Assembly: GCA_038895675.1 (NCBI GenBank)
Contig: JAWANB010000010.1
Span: 1-23,976, forward strand
Origin: Candidatus Iainarchaeum sp.
Lineage (GTDB): Archaea; Iainarchaeota; Iainarchaeia; Iainarchaeales; Iainarchaeaceae
Direction of reading: 5' to 3'
Length of the DNA: 23,976 bases
The notes under the pieces were generated by a model, which searched no databases, was not told the origin of the DNA, and saw only the letters and a list, made by a program, of their open reading frames with translations. Shown here piece by piece: positions 8,847 to 17,227 of the stretch. Numbering within the stretch: position 1 is the first letter of the stretch; every line of letters starts with the position of its first letter. Position numbers and translations under genes: made by a program.

Positions 8847-9306
8847 TTTTTTTCCTCACTTGATAGTTTTCAATTATCGGGTTGCATAATAATCCTAATG
8901 CTATTTTCTCTACTTGTTTTTCGTTTCCGTAAAAGTAGTATCTTCTTGCGCTTTGGACTTTTTGTGGTGTTTTTTTTGTGAAGTCTTTTATTGCTTCTTC
9001 TGCTGTTAAGCCTAAATTGTCAGTTACGTTGTCATGGTATTTTACTTCAATCATAAAATCGTAGTCTTTTATGATGTCTTGATTTATTGAGTATTCTTGT
9101 ATTATTGGGTCGACAAAGAGTTTTTGTGCTATTTCTTCTAATTGGTTTTTGTCTAATTGCATTTGTATGTAGTATACTTCGCTGTATCTGACTTTTTTTA
9201 TTCCTTGTATCTTTAGGTCTTCTTCTATATCGTTTTTTATTGAAATTCCAACTGAGTCAAGGGTTTGATCAGAAAAAGTTATTTCAATAAAGTTTTGTGC
9301 AGGCAT
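8839..9306 (-). CDS. purS: FGAM synthase subunit PurS, tandem two-domain form (155 aa)
   Basis: Two PurS-like halves (D..G...I...L.DPIIQEY and D..G...I...L.NPIIENY); first gene upstream of purL and overlapping its start. Confidence 0.85.
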   Translation of the reverse strand: MPAQNFIEITFSDQTLDSVGISIKNDIEEDLKIQGIKKVRYSEVYYIQMQLDKNQLEEIAQKLFVDPIIQEYSINQDIIKDYDFMIEVKYHDNVTDNLGLTAEEAIKDFTKKTPQKVQSARRYYFYGNEKQVEKIALGLLCNPIIENYQVRKKNE

Positions 9307-9423
9307 AAAAAAGTAGAGTAGGAAAATTTTATTAACTGAAAGTAAAAATTTTCATGCCTTTATTTTTCTGTTTTTCTATAGGTTATTATTTTATTATTTA
9401 TTTAGCGCTTGTTTTGTGTTGTT

Positions 9424-12042
9424 ATGCCTATAGTTTTTCAGTCTGAAAAGTTTTTGCCAGAGCATATTTTTTCTTTGCTTAATCCTTTGCTTGCAGAATG
9501 GTTTAAACAAAAGTTTGGAGCTTTCACAGAGCCGCAGCTGTATGCTATTCCAAATATTCACTCTATGCAAAACACTTTAATTAGTGCTGAAACTGGGACT
9601 GGGAAGACCTTGTCTGCCTTTACTGCTATTTTGAGCGAGTTGCTTAATTATGACGAGTCTAATACTTTAGAGGATTTTGTTTATTGTGTTTATGTTTCTC
9701 CTTTAAGGGCTTTGAATAATGACATAGAGAGAAACTTGCTTGGTCCTTTGAATGAAATTTCAGAAGTCGTTCATAAGAAAGGTAGGAAACTGAATATTAG
9801 AGTTGCTGTCAGGACTGGTGATACTACTCAGGCTGTGCGTAGTCAAATGTTGAGAAAGCCTCCGCACATTTTGATAACTACTCCTGAAAGTCTTGCAATT
9901 ATGCTTGTGGCTCCTAAGTTTAGAGAAAAGCTTTCTAAGGTAAAATGGCTTATTGTTGATGAGATTCATTCTTTGGCTGAAAACAAGCGTGGTGTTCATC
10001 TTTCTTTGTCAATGGAAAGGCTTCAAAGGCTTTCACCTAACCTTTGTAGAATTGGTTTGAGTGCTACTGTTTCTCCTTTGGTTGAAATAGCTAATTTTCT
10101 TGTTGGAAATGAAAATGGTTTACCGAGAGATTGTAAAATAGTTGATGTTTCTTTTTTGAAAAAATTTGATTTGAAGGTTGTTTCTCCTTTAGAAAATTTT
10201 GTTGATGTTAGCGTTGATCAAATTCATGATTCTTTGTATAGGGTTTTGCATGAGCATATTCAAAGCCATAAAACAACTCTTGTTTTTACTAATACTCGTA
10301 GTGCTACTGAAAGAGTAGTTCATAATTTGAAGGAGATGTTTCCAAAGTTTTATCATAGTGGTAATATTGCTACTCACCATAGTTCTCTTTCAAGGGAGCA
10401 TAGACTTAACGTCGAGGAAAGGCTAAAGAAAGGCTTGGTGAAGTGTGTTGTTTGTTCTACTTCTCTTGAGCTTGGCATTGACATTGGTTTTATTGATTTG
10501 GTTGTTTTGTTAGGAAGTCCAAAGAGTATTGCGCGTGCCATTCAAAGAATAGGTAGGAGTGGCCATCAATTGCATAGTGTTGTAAAAGGTAGGATAATTG
10601 TTTTGGATAGAGATGATTTGGTTGAATGTTCTGTGATGGTTAAATGTGCTCTTGAGAAGAAAATTGATAATATTAGAGTTCCTGAAAATTGTATTGATGT
10701 TTTGGCGCAACACATTTTTGGTGTTTCTATTGAGGGTTCTGTGCATGTTAATGAGCTTTATGATTTGGTAAAGAAGAGTTATTGTTATAGGAATTTGTCG
10801 AGGCTTGATTTTAACGAGACTATTGATTATTTAGCTGGAAACTATTCTTCTCTTGAGACAAGAAGAGTTTATGCTAAAATTTGGTTTGACGAGAGAACAG
10901 GTTTTATTGGGAGACGAAGTAAAATGGCAAGGCTAATTTATTCTCTTAACGTTGGAACTATTCCTGACGAGGCTAAGATTAGAGTTAAGATAGGGGACCA
11001 TACTATTGGAACTATTGATGAAGGTTTTTTGGAGAGGCTCAAAAAGGGCGATGTTTTTGTTCTTGGTGGTCAAAGTTATGAGTTTCGTTTTTCTCGTGGT
11101 ATGACTGCTCAAGTTGTTGCTGCTTACAAGAGGCCTCCTACTGTTCCTTCATGGTTTTCAGAAACTTTGCCTTTGAGTTTTGATTTGGCTATTGAGATAG
11201 GCAAGTTTAGGAAGCTTCTTGAGTCAAAGTTTTTGGCTGGAGAAAAAAGGTCTGAAATACTAAAGTTTCTTGAATCTTATCTTTATATTGACAAGTATGG
11301 GGCTTTAGCGATTTATAATTATTTTTTTGAACAGTTCAAGTACTTGGAGATTCCTAATAATAGTAAATTAATAATAGAGCGGTTTAGGGAAGGAGATAAA
11401 ACAAGTCTTGTTTTTCATTCTCTTTTTGGTAGAAGAGTTAACGATGCTTTGAGTGCGGCTTATGGTTTTGCGATTTCAAAGTTAATGCATAAAGATGTTG
11501 AGATTAGCGTTAATGATAATGGCTTTATGCTGAGTGCTATTGGGAAAGTTCCTTTGGATAAGGCTCTTTCTGCTGTTAATTCAAGGGATTTTAGGAAAAT
11601 TTTGGAGATGGCTATTGATAATACTGAAGTTTTGTCTCGTCGTTTTAGGCATTGTGCTATTCGTTCTTTAATGATTTTGCGTTCTTATAAGGGCGATACT
11701 AAAAGTGCTGGTAGACAGCAAATGGCTTCGCGTTTACTTTTAAGTGCAGTGCGTAGGATTGACAATAATTTTGTCGTACTTAGAGAGGCGAGGCGTGAAG
11801 TTTTAGAAGATGCTATGGATATAAGTAATGCGAAAAAGGTTGTTGAGGCTATAGAGAAAAAAGTTTTGAAGGTAAAAGTTTTTGATGTTTCTTTTCCAAG
11901 TCCTTTTGGTTGGAATATTGCAATGCAAGGTAGGATGGATGTAATGAAAATGGAGGATCGTCTTGCTTTCATTAAGAGAATGCATGAAATGATAATGGAG
12001 AAAATAAAATCAAAATCAGAGGTTGAGCATGATTCTTTATAA
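9424..12042 (+). CDS. lhr: Lhr-family SF2 ATP-dependent helicase (core length, 872 aa)
   Basis: Q motif (FTEPQ), ETGTGKT, YVSPLRALNNDI, RTGDT, TTPESL, DEIH, GLSATV, FTNTR, HHSSLS, SLELGIDIG, QRIGRSGH, GTIPD, PSWFSE. ATG 9424 preferred over TTG 9409. Confidence 0.95.
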   Translation: MPIVFQSEKFLPEHIFSLLNPLLAEWFKQKFGAFTEPQLYAIPNIHSMQNTLISAETGTGKTLSAFTAILSELLNYDESNTLEDFVYCVYVSPLRALNNDIERNLLGPLNEISEVVHKKGRKLNIRVAVRTGDTTQAVRSQMLRKPPHILITTPESLAIMLVAPKFREKLSKVKWLIVDEIHSLAENKRGVHLSLSMERLQRLSPNLCRIGLSATVSPLVEIANFLVGNENGLPRDCKIVDVSFLKKFDLKVVSPLENFVDVSVDQIHDSLYRVLHEHIQSHKTTLVFTNTRSATERVVHNLKEMFPKFYHSGNIATHHSSLSREHRLNVEERLKKGLVKCVVCSTSLELGIDIGFIDLVVLLGSPKSIARAIQRIGRSGHQLHSVVKGRIIVLDRDDLVECSVMVKCALEKKIDNIRVPENCIDVLAQHIFGVSIEGSVHVNELYDLVKKSYCYRNLSRLDFNETIDYLAGNYSSLETRRVYAKIWFDERTGFIGRRSKMARLIYSLNVGTIPDEAKIRVKIGDHTIGTIDEGFLERLKKGDVFVLGGQSYEFRFSRGMTAQVVAAYKRPPTVPSWFSETLPLSFDLAIEIGKFRKLLESKFLAGEKRSEILKFLESYLYIDKYGALAIYNYFFEQFKYLEIPNNSKLIIERFREGDKTSLVFHSLFGRRVNDALSAAYGFAISKLMHKDVEISVNDNGFMLSAIGKVPLDKALSAVNSRDFRKILEMAIDNTEVLSRRFRHCAIRSLMILRSYKGDTKSAGRQQMASRLLLSAVRRIDNNFVVLREARREVLEDAMDISNAKKVVEAIEKKVLKVKVFDVSFPSPFGWNIAMQGRMDVMKMEDRLAFIKRMHEMIMEKIKSKSEVEHDSL

Positions 12043-12751
12043 GGGTGTTGAGGCTTTTGGTTTGTTTCTTTGGTTTTCAAATTCAAAGGCTTTGGTTTGT
12101 TCTGACTTGCATTTGGGTTATGAGGGTTTTCTTAATTCACAGGGCATTTTTGTGCCGCGCTATAATTTTGATGAAATAAAAAAAATGTTTGAGAAAGTTT
12201 TTTCTGAAAAAGGAAAGCCAGAATATTTGATAATTTGTGGTGATTTCAAGCATGAGTTTAAAGGCATTTCATCGCAAGAGTGGCGTGAGTCTTTTGACAT
12301 GATTGATTTTTTGGTAAAAAATTGTAATAAACTTGTTTTGATTAAGGGTAATCATGATAATTCTTTGGGCGTTATAGCAAAGTCTAAAGGCTTAGAATTT
12401 TTGACTGAGTTTTTTTTGAGTGAAGAAAAGATTTTGTTTTTGCATGGTGATAAACTTCCGAGCAAAGATTTAGTTAAGAAGGCTAAATTAATAGTTATTG
12501 GTCATGAACATCCTTCTATAACTTTGCGTGATAGCGTTAAATCTGAAACTTACAAATGTTTTTTGAAAGGCGCTTATTGTAATAAGGTTTTGTTGGTTTT
12601 GCCTTCTTTGATTATGGTTGGTGTTGGTAATGATATTACTAAAGAGAAAACAATGAGCCCTTTGATAGAGGATATAAACGAATTTGAGGTTTTTGCTGTT
12701 GAAAAAGATGTTTTTTATTTGGGCAAAGTAAAAGACATTCTTGAATTTTAA
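12029..12751 (+). CDS. Lhr-associated metallophosphoesterase (calcineurin-like, probable nuclease)
   Basis: DLHLG, GDFKH, GNHD, HGD, GHEHP motifs; overlaps the lhr stop; SD-like GAGGTTGA before ATG 12029. Confidence 0.9.
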   Translation: MILYKGVEAFGLFLWFSNSKALVCSDLHLGYEGFLNSQGIFVPRYNFDEIKKMFEKVFSEKGKPEYLIICGDFKHEFKGISSQEWRESFDMIDFLVKNCNKLVLIKGNHDNSLGVIAKSKGLEFLTEFFLSEEKILFLHGDKLPSKDLVKKAKLIVIGHEHPSITLRDSVKSETYKCFLKGAYCNKVLLVLPSLIMVGVGNDITKEKTMSPLIEDINEFEVFAVEKDVFYLGKVKDILEF

Positions 12752-13824
12752 TTATTTTTTGAGAGTATTTCTATTACTTTGTTTTTGAACTTTGCCAAGT
12801 CTTTTTTCATTATTTTGCCTGCTGCTGCTGGTACATGGCCCCCAGCTCCTGCTTTTTCTAAATTGTTTACTGCTTTTTCTAAGAGTTCGTTCATTTTTAT
12901 TTTGAAGTCTTGTCTTCTTGCTGAAAAGTACAAATACTTGTTTCCTATGTCTTGGACTACTATGATAGTTTTGTTAGGGTAATATTCGTTGCTTGCTCTG
13001 TTTATTAATTCTGATTTCAGGTTTTTTTTAGAAAAAAATTCAAACCAAATCAGGTTTATTTTTTTGTGTACTTCTTTTTTTTTCATGAATTCTTTTAATA
13101 GTTTGTTTGACTCTTTTTTGAATTTTCTTTCAAATGCGCTGAACTTTGATTTTATTATTTCTTTCGGGTTTTTTGCTTTCACTATTAGCATTAGCAGTTC
13201 TTTTAGTTTTTTTGGTTTCATTGATTCTGTTGCTGAGATTATTGAGGTAACTTTGCTTATTTCTGTAATGGTAGTATTGTGTTTTTTTGCTGTTTTTTTT
13301 ACGAATTTTTTCCATTGCTTTAATTGGTTGTCTCCTATTAGGCCTACGCTCGCTATCCATGATATTTTTTCTAAATTGGTGTGTCTTGAAAATAAGTCGT
13401 AGCAAAATTTTGATGCGGGGTATTTGCTTGGGTCTATTTTTGTTATGTGTTGTGGTTTTATTATGAATGTTTTTTTCAATTTTGTTTTATAGTCAGTATG
13501 GTGGTCTATTACTATTATTTTTTCAAATTTTTTTTCTGTTGATTGTGCGTTTTCTTTGCTTTGGTCAAAAGCAAAGTCTACTATTACTAATTTGTTTGCT
13601 TTGTTTTTCTTTATTTTTTTGAGGGTGCTTGGTAGTATTTGGGTTGTTTTGTAAGGTTGTATTACTATTATTGGATTTTTTCCTATTATTTGCTTTAGTG
13701 CTATGTACGTTATAGCTCCTGCCGAAATTCCATCAGCATCTAAGTCTGGGCATAGAACAATAGTGTCTTTTTTTGTTAGGTTTTTTATGTTTTTGTCAAA
13801 TTCTTTTAGTGCTTGTTTTTCCAT
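12748..13824 (-). CDS. DHH/DHHA1 family phosphoesterase (RecJ/NrnA-like)
   Basis: DLDADG, IVDF, IDHH, LIGD and C-terminal SAR...GGHVPAAAG motifs; TTATAAA box 24-30 nt upstream. Confidence 0.9.
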   Translation of the reverse strand: MEKQALKEFDKNIKNLTKKDTIVLCPDLDADGISAGAITYIALKQIIGKNPIIVIQPYKTTQILPSTLKKIKKNKANKLVIVDFAFDQSKENAQSTEKKFEKIIVIDHHTDYKTKLKKTFIIKPQHITKIDPSKYPASKFCYDLFSRHTNLEKISWIASVGLIGDNQLKQWKKFVKKTAKKHNTTITEISKVTSIISATESMKPKKLKELLMLIVKAKNPKEIIKSKFSAFERKFKKESNKLLKEFMKKKEVHKKINLIWFEFFSKKNLKSELINRASNEYYPNKTIIVVQDIGNKYLYFSARRQDFKIKMNELLEKAVNNLEKAGAGGHVPAAAGKIMKKDLAKFKNKVIEILSKNN

Positions 13825-13871
13825 GTTTTGATTATTGTGTGTAAAAGTTTATAATGATAAATTTGGTTTTT

Positions 13872-14036
13872 GTTTTTTTTAGAAATTGCAGATTTTTAGT
13901 TTTTTTGTCTTTTGTAATAAAGTCTTTTTTTTGGCGTTCGTGTTTGTTATTTTTTTGCATTGTTTGTTTTCTTTTTTTATGTCATTTTTGTTCTTTTTAG
14001 TTGCTTTTGCTTGTTTTTGGGTTATTTTGCAGAGTC
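13872..14036 (+). repeat. Diverged second copy of the 5590-5710 element, in opposite orientation
   Basis: Colinear blocks matching the reverse complement of 5590-5710: TAGAAATT (13880-13887); AAAGTCTTTTT...GG..TT.GTG.TTGTTA (13919-13949); GTTGCTTTTGCTTGTTTTTGGGTTATTTTGCAGAG (14000-14034, 28/36 identical by hand alignment). T-richness inflates the similarity. Confidence 0.5.
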
Positions 14037-14081
14037 TTCTATTAGTTCTTTTTTTATTTTGTTGTTTATTATTTCTTTTTT

Positions 14082-14933
14082 ATGCTTTCTCTTGAAATTG
14101 AAAAGCGTTTATCTTCTTATTTGGCTGAGGATATTGGTAGTGGTGATATTACTTCTTCTTTATTGCCTTCAGTTAATTGTTTTGGCTTTATTAGTTCTAA
14201 TGAGAAGTGTTATTTGAGTGGCGTTGAGGAAGTGCTTTTTTTGTTCAAGTCTGTTGGATTAAAAGCAAAAGCTTTGAAAAGTGATGGTTCTTTGGTTAAG
14301 GTAAAGGAAAGAGTTTTAGAGTTTTCAGGCAGCAATAAAAAGGTTTTGTCTATTGAGCGTGTTTGTTTGAACATTTTAGGCAGAATGTCTGGTGTAGCTA
14401 CTTTGTGCGCTAAAGCCAGAATGATTGTGGAAAGGCATTGTAAGAGGCTTGGTTGTGCAGTTCCTTTGTTAGCTGTCACTCGTAAGACTTCTCCTGGTTT
14501 TCAGTTGCTTGATAAGAAGGCTGCTGAGTCTGTTGGAGTTTGGTCTCATAGGAAGAATTTGTCTGACATGATTTTGTTGAAGGATAATCACTTGGTTTTT
14601 TTTGATAGTGTTGAAAGTGCTGTGAAAAAGGCTTTGTCAACAAAAAGGCAGTTTGAGGTTGAGGTTAAGACAGATAGAGAAGCTTTCGAGGCTGTCAATG
14701 CCGGTGCTGAAATTATAATGCTTGATAATTTTAGTGTGAAAAAGGCAAAGGAGACAATTTTAAGGATTAGGAGAAGTGGTTTTAAGTGTAAAATAGAATT
14801 GTCTGGCGGTATTAATTTGCGAAATTTGAAGAATTATTGTGGTTTAGGTGCTGACATTATTTCTTTAGGTTATTTGACTAAGAAAGCTCGTATTGTTGAC
14901 TTTAGTCTTGATATATCAAAAAGCAGTTTTTAG
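14082..14933 (+). CDS. nadC: Quinolinate phosphoribosyltransferase
   Basis: EDIGSGDITS, ER..LN....MSGVAT, TRKT, HR.NLSD.IL.KDNH, EVEV, IMLDN, SGGI. Confidence 0.96.
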   Translation: MLSLEIEKRLSSYLAEDIGSGDITSSLLPSVNCFGFISSNEKCYLSGVEEVLFLFKSVGLKAKALKSDGSLVKVKERVLEFSGSNKKVLSIERVCLNILGRMSGVATLCAKARMIVERHCKRLGCAVPLLAVTRKTSPGFQLLDKKAAESVGVWSHRKNLSDMILLKDNHLVFFDSVESAVKKALSTKRQFEVEVKTDREAFEAVNAGAEIIMLDNFSVKKAKETILRIRRSGFKCKIELSGGINLRNLKNYCGLGADIISLGYLTKKARIVDFSLDISKSSF

Positions 14934-14977
14934 AGAATTTTGATTACTTTTTTATTGTTTTGGTAGGTGTTTTTGTT

Positions 14978-15496
14978 ATGAAAAGGGGTCTTTTTGTAGG
15001 TCGTTTTCAGCCTTACCATTTGGGTCATCATGAGGCTTTGAAAAATGCATTGCAAAAAGTTGATGAAATGATTATTGTTGTTGGCAGTGCTAAAGAGGCT
15101 TTTCAAGTTGAGAATCCTTTCACTGCTGGTGAGCGCGTTGAGATGATTGGGTTAGCTTTGAAAGCTGAGAATTTGTTTGATAAGTGCTATATAATTTGCG
15201 TTGATGATATCGCTGAATATGCTTTGTGGACTCAAAGAATAAGAAGTTATTGTCCTCGTTTTGAGATAGTTTTTACTAATAACCCTTTAGTTAAAGAGCT
15301 TTTTGAAGTTGATGGTGTGAAAGTAGAAAAACTTGTGAGTAGAAAGCCTAAAATTGATTCAACAGAAGTTAGGAAAAGAATTTTTTTGGGAAAGGATGTT
15401 TCAGCTTACGTTCCTTCTGCTGTAAAAGATTTTTTGGTTTCTATAAATGCTAAAAAGAGGCTTGAGTCTATTTTGACAAAAGAAGTAAAGCAATAG
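14978..15496 (+). CDS. nadM: Archaeal nicotinamide/nicotinate mononucleotide adenylyltransferase
   Basis: GRFQPYHLGH, GSA, NPFTAGER..M, NNPLV..LF, STEVR; SD-like AGGTG at 14965-14969 before ATG 14978. Confidence 0.93.
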   Translation: MKRGLFVGRFQPYHLGHHEALKNALQKVDEMIIVVGSAKEAFQVENPFTAGERVEMIGLALKAENLFDKCYIICVDDIAEYALWTQRIRSYCPRFEIVFTNNPLVKELFEVDGVKVEKLVSRKPKIDSTEVRKRIFLGKDVSAYVPSAVKDFLVSINAKKRLESILTKEVKQ

Positions 15497-15518
15497 CGTT
15501 TTGTTTTTTTTATTGTTT

Positions 15519-15680
15519 TTATGCGTAGTGCGTTCCTAATTGTTCGTTTGCGCGCTTTTTTGCTTCTTCTAAGCTCAAACCTTGTCTAAGTCCTTTTGCA
15601 ACTAAGTTCCTGTATGCATCAGGTTTTGTAATTGGCAGTGCTCCTTGTGGTCTTCTTTTTTTTGGTAGTGGCTTTTCCAT
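15519..15680 (-). CDS. Small basic hypothetical protein (53 aa), below the ORF-track cutoff
   Basis: Hand translation: MEKPLPKKRRPQGALPITKPDAYRNLVAKGLRQGLSLEEAKKRANEQLGTHYA. Fills the nadM-nucS gap, is more GC-rich than the T-rich spacers, and has AAAAAGTTTAAAT (BRE/TATA-like) about 25-37 nt upstream. Confidence 0.75.
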   Translation of the reverse strand: MEKPLPKKRRPQGALPITKPDAYRNLVAKGLRQGLSLEEAKKRANEQLGTHYA

Positions 15681-15688
15681 TTTAATAA

Positions 15689-15717
15689 TAAACTTTTTTA
15701 ATGAATTTAAACTTTTT
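15689..15717. promoter_or_regulatory. Probable shared divergent promoter (palindromic TTTAAA) for the 53-aa ORF and nucS
   Basis: TTTAAA at 15706-15711 lies 26-31 nt from ATG 15680 (-) and 31-36 nt from ATG 15742 (+); direct repeat TAAACTTTTT at 15689 and 15708. Confidence 0.45.
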
Positions 15718-15741
15718 GCAATTTTTTTATTTTGTGGGCAG

Positions 15742-16497
15742 ATGGACTTTCAGAAGGCTAAAGATGAGATAAGTCGTGGGCTTTTAGGTAAAGAATTGTT
15801 AGTAATAATTGGCAGTTGTGAAGTTGACTATTTTGGTAGAGCAACTTCTAAACTCAAGTTGGGGAAAAGGCTTGTGTTGATAAAGGGCGATGGCTCTGTG
15901 TCAATCCATCAAAACAGGTTAGTTAGGCCTACTAATTATATGTTAAGCACTAAAATAGGTTGTGATTTAGGCGAGTCTTGCCTATTGATTAAGGCTCAAA
16001 GGCAAAAGCCTTTAGAGTTTCTCAGAATTAACTTTTTTTCAATAGATGAGTTAGTGAGGCATAGTATTGAATTGAGTGATGATTTAAGGTTGAGTGGTTC
16101 TGAAAGAGACCTTAATGAGGCTTTGATGCAGGATCTTTCAATGATTGAAGATGGTTTAAAGCCTATTAATCAACAACAGCATTTTAGGAAAGGTATTTGT
16201 GATATTGTGGCTCAAGATAGTAAAGGTTCTTTTGTGGTAATTGAATTAAAGCGCAGAACTGCTGATTTTGATGCAGTAACTCAATTGCATAGGTACGTGC
16301 AAGAAGTAAACAAGATTAAGGGAGTTAAAACAAGGGGCATTTTGCTTGCTCCAGACATAAGAAAAAGGGCTCTTGAGCTTTTGTATCATTTTGGCTTGGA
16401 ATTTGCTAAACTTGATTTTGAGTTGACTTCTGAAGGAAAAGAAAAAGCAAAAATAAAAGGGCTTCAGAAAAAACAGAGAAAAATAACTTCTTTCTAA
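15742..16497 (+). CDS. nucS: Endonuclease NucS/EndoMS
   Basis: C.VDY.GRA.S.L..G.RL..IK.DGSV.IH...P.NY N-terminal domain; SE.DL, G..DI...D, VIELKR, QL.RYV nuclease motifs. Confidence 0.94.
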   Translation: MDFQKAKDEISRGLLGKELLVIIGSCEVDYFGRATSKLKLGKRLVLIKGDGSVSIHQNRLVRPTNYMLSTKIGCDLGESCLLIKAQRQKPLEFLRINFFSIDELVRHSIELSDDLRLSGSERDLNEALMQDLSMIEDGLKPINQQQHFRKGICDIVAQDSKGSFVVIELKRRTADFDAVTQLHRYVQEVNKIKGVKTRGILLAPDIRKRALELLYHFGLEFAKLDFELTSEGKEKAKIKGLQKKQRKITSF

Positions 16498-16539
16498 AAG
16501 GCACAAACCAATAAAAAAGTTCGTTAAATAGTAATTTTA

Positions 16540-17223
16540 ATGCCTTTGTTGTCAAAAGTCGTGAAAAAGCATTTGTTTTTTTCAATGGAGTGTTTTTTGA
16601 AAGACAATAATTTAGATTTACCTGAAAGTGCAAAAGTCTCTTTTGAGTTTTTGAATTCTTTGAAGGAGCAAAAAATTCTTGATTTTTATCTTATTTCTGG
16701 CTTTGAAGAAAAAAAGGCTTTAGAGTTTTTTAAAAGTTGTCCTTTGAAAGACTATTTTGATTTGGAAAAATTTTTTTATGTTGACCAAAAATATTTGGAT
16801 TCAAAAACAGAAATTGACAAGCAAAGGTATGTTGAGTCATTGTCCGATAACAAAAATTTTATAGACCATTATTTCAAGCAAATAGTCTTGAGCGATTTCA
16901 TTGTAAACAAAAAAGTAGATGTAAAGGAACTGGTGCTTTTAGGTAATGATTTGTTGTTTGACGCTTTTTACACTATAAGATTTTCTAAAGTAGATTTTGT
17001 TTTGTTGTCTTCAAAAGTTTCTATGAGAGGAAAAGCAATGCAGAAAGAAATAGGCGGTTTAAACTATTTTTCTTTTTCTAAAGATGACTTTAAGAGAGTA
17101 ATTGAGTGGGATTTTCCAAAACAAAATTTTTTTGAGCTTGAAAAATTTGTTTTTGATGATATTGCTAAGGGTATTTTAGGGGAAAATTTTAAAGAAAATT
17201 TGCAAAAAAGTTTAAAGCAATAG
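16540..17223 (+). CDS. Hypothetical protein, possibly a degenerate HAD-superfamily fold
   Basis: 227-aa ORF. HAD-like motif spacing (HLFFSMECFL, YLISG, K, LLGNDLLFD) without the motif I aspartates. The fold call is tentative. Confidence 0.6.
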   Translation: MPLLSKVVKKHLFFSMECFLKDNNLDLPESAKVSFEFLNSLKEQKILDFYLISGFEEKKALEFFKSCPLKDYFDLEKFFYVDQKYLDSKTEIDKQRYVESLSDNKNFIDHYFKQIVLSDFIVNKKVDVKELVLLGNDLLFDAFYTIRFSKVDFVLLSSKVSMRGKAMQKEIGGLNYFSFSKDDFKRVIEWDFPKQNFFELEKFVFDDIAKGILGENFKENLQKSLKQ

Positions 17224-17227
17224 TGAA

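Noticed and set aside
9424..12751. Helicase plus nuclease pair as a novel anti-phage system
   Set aside because: Matches the known Lhr-MPE repair pairing, has host-like codon bias, and sits among housekeeping genes.
13886..14217. Phe/Leu-rich ORFs 13886-14095 and 13960-14217
   Set aside because: TTG starts in T-rich spacer DNA that lacks stops by composition; they overlap nadC and the repeat copy.
15519..15680. Ribosomal protein (L37e/L39e-like) or RiPP precursor identity for the 53-aa ORF
   Set aside because: No zinc-finger Cys or recognisable ribosomal motif; no YcaO or radical SAM gene nearby, and tldDE is over 10 kb away.
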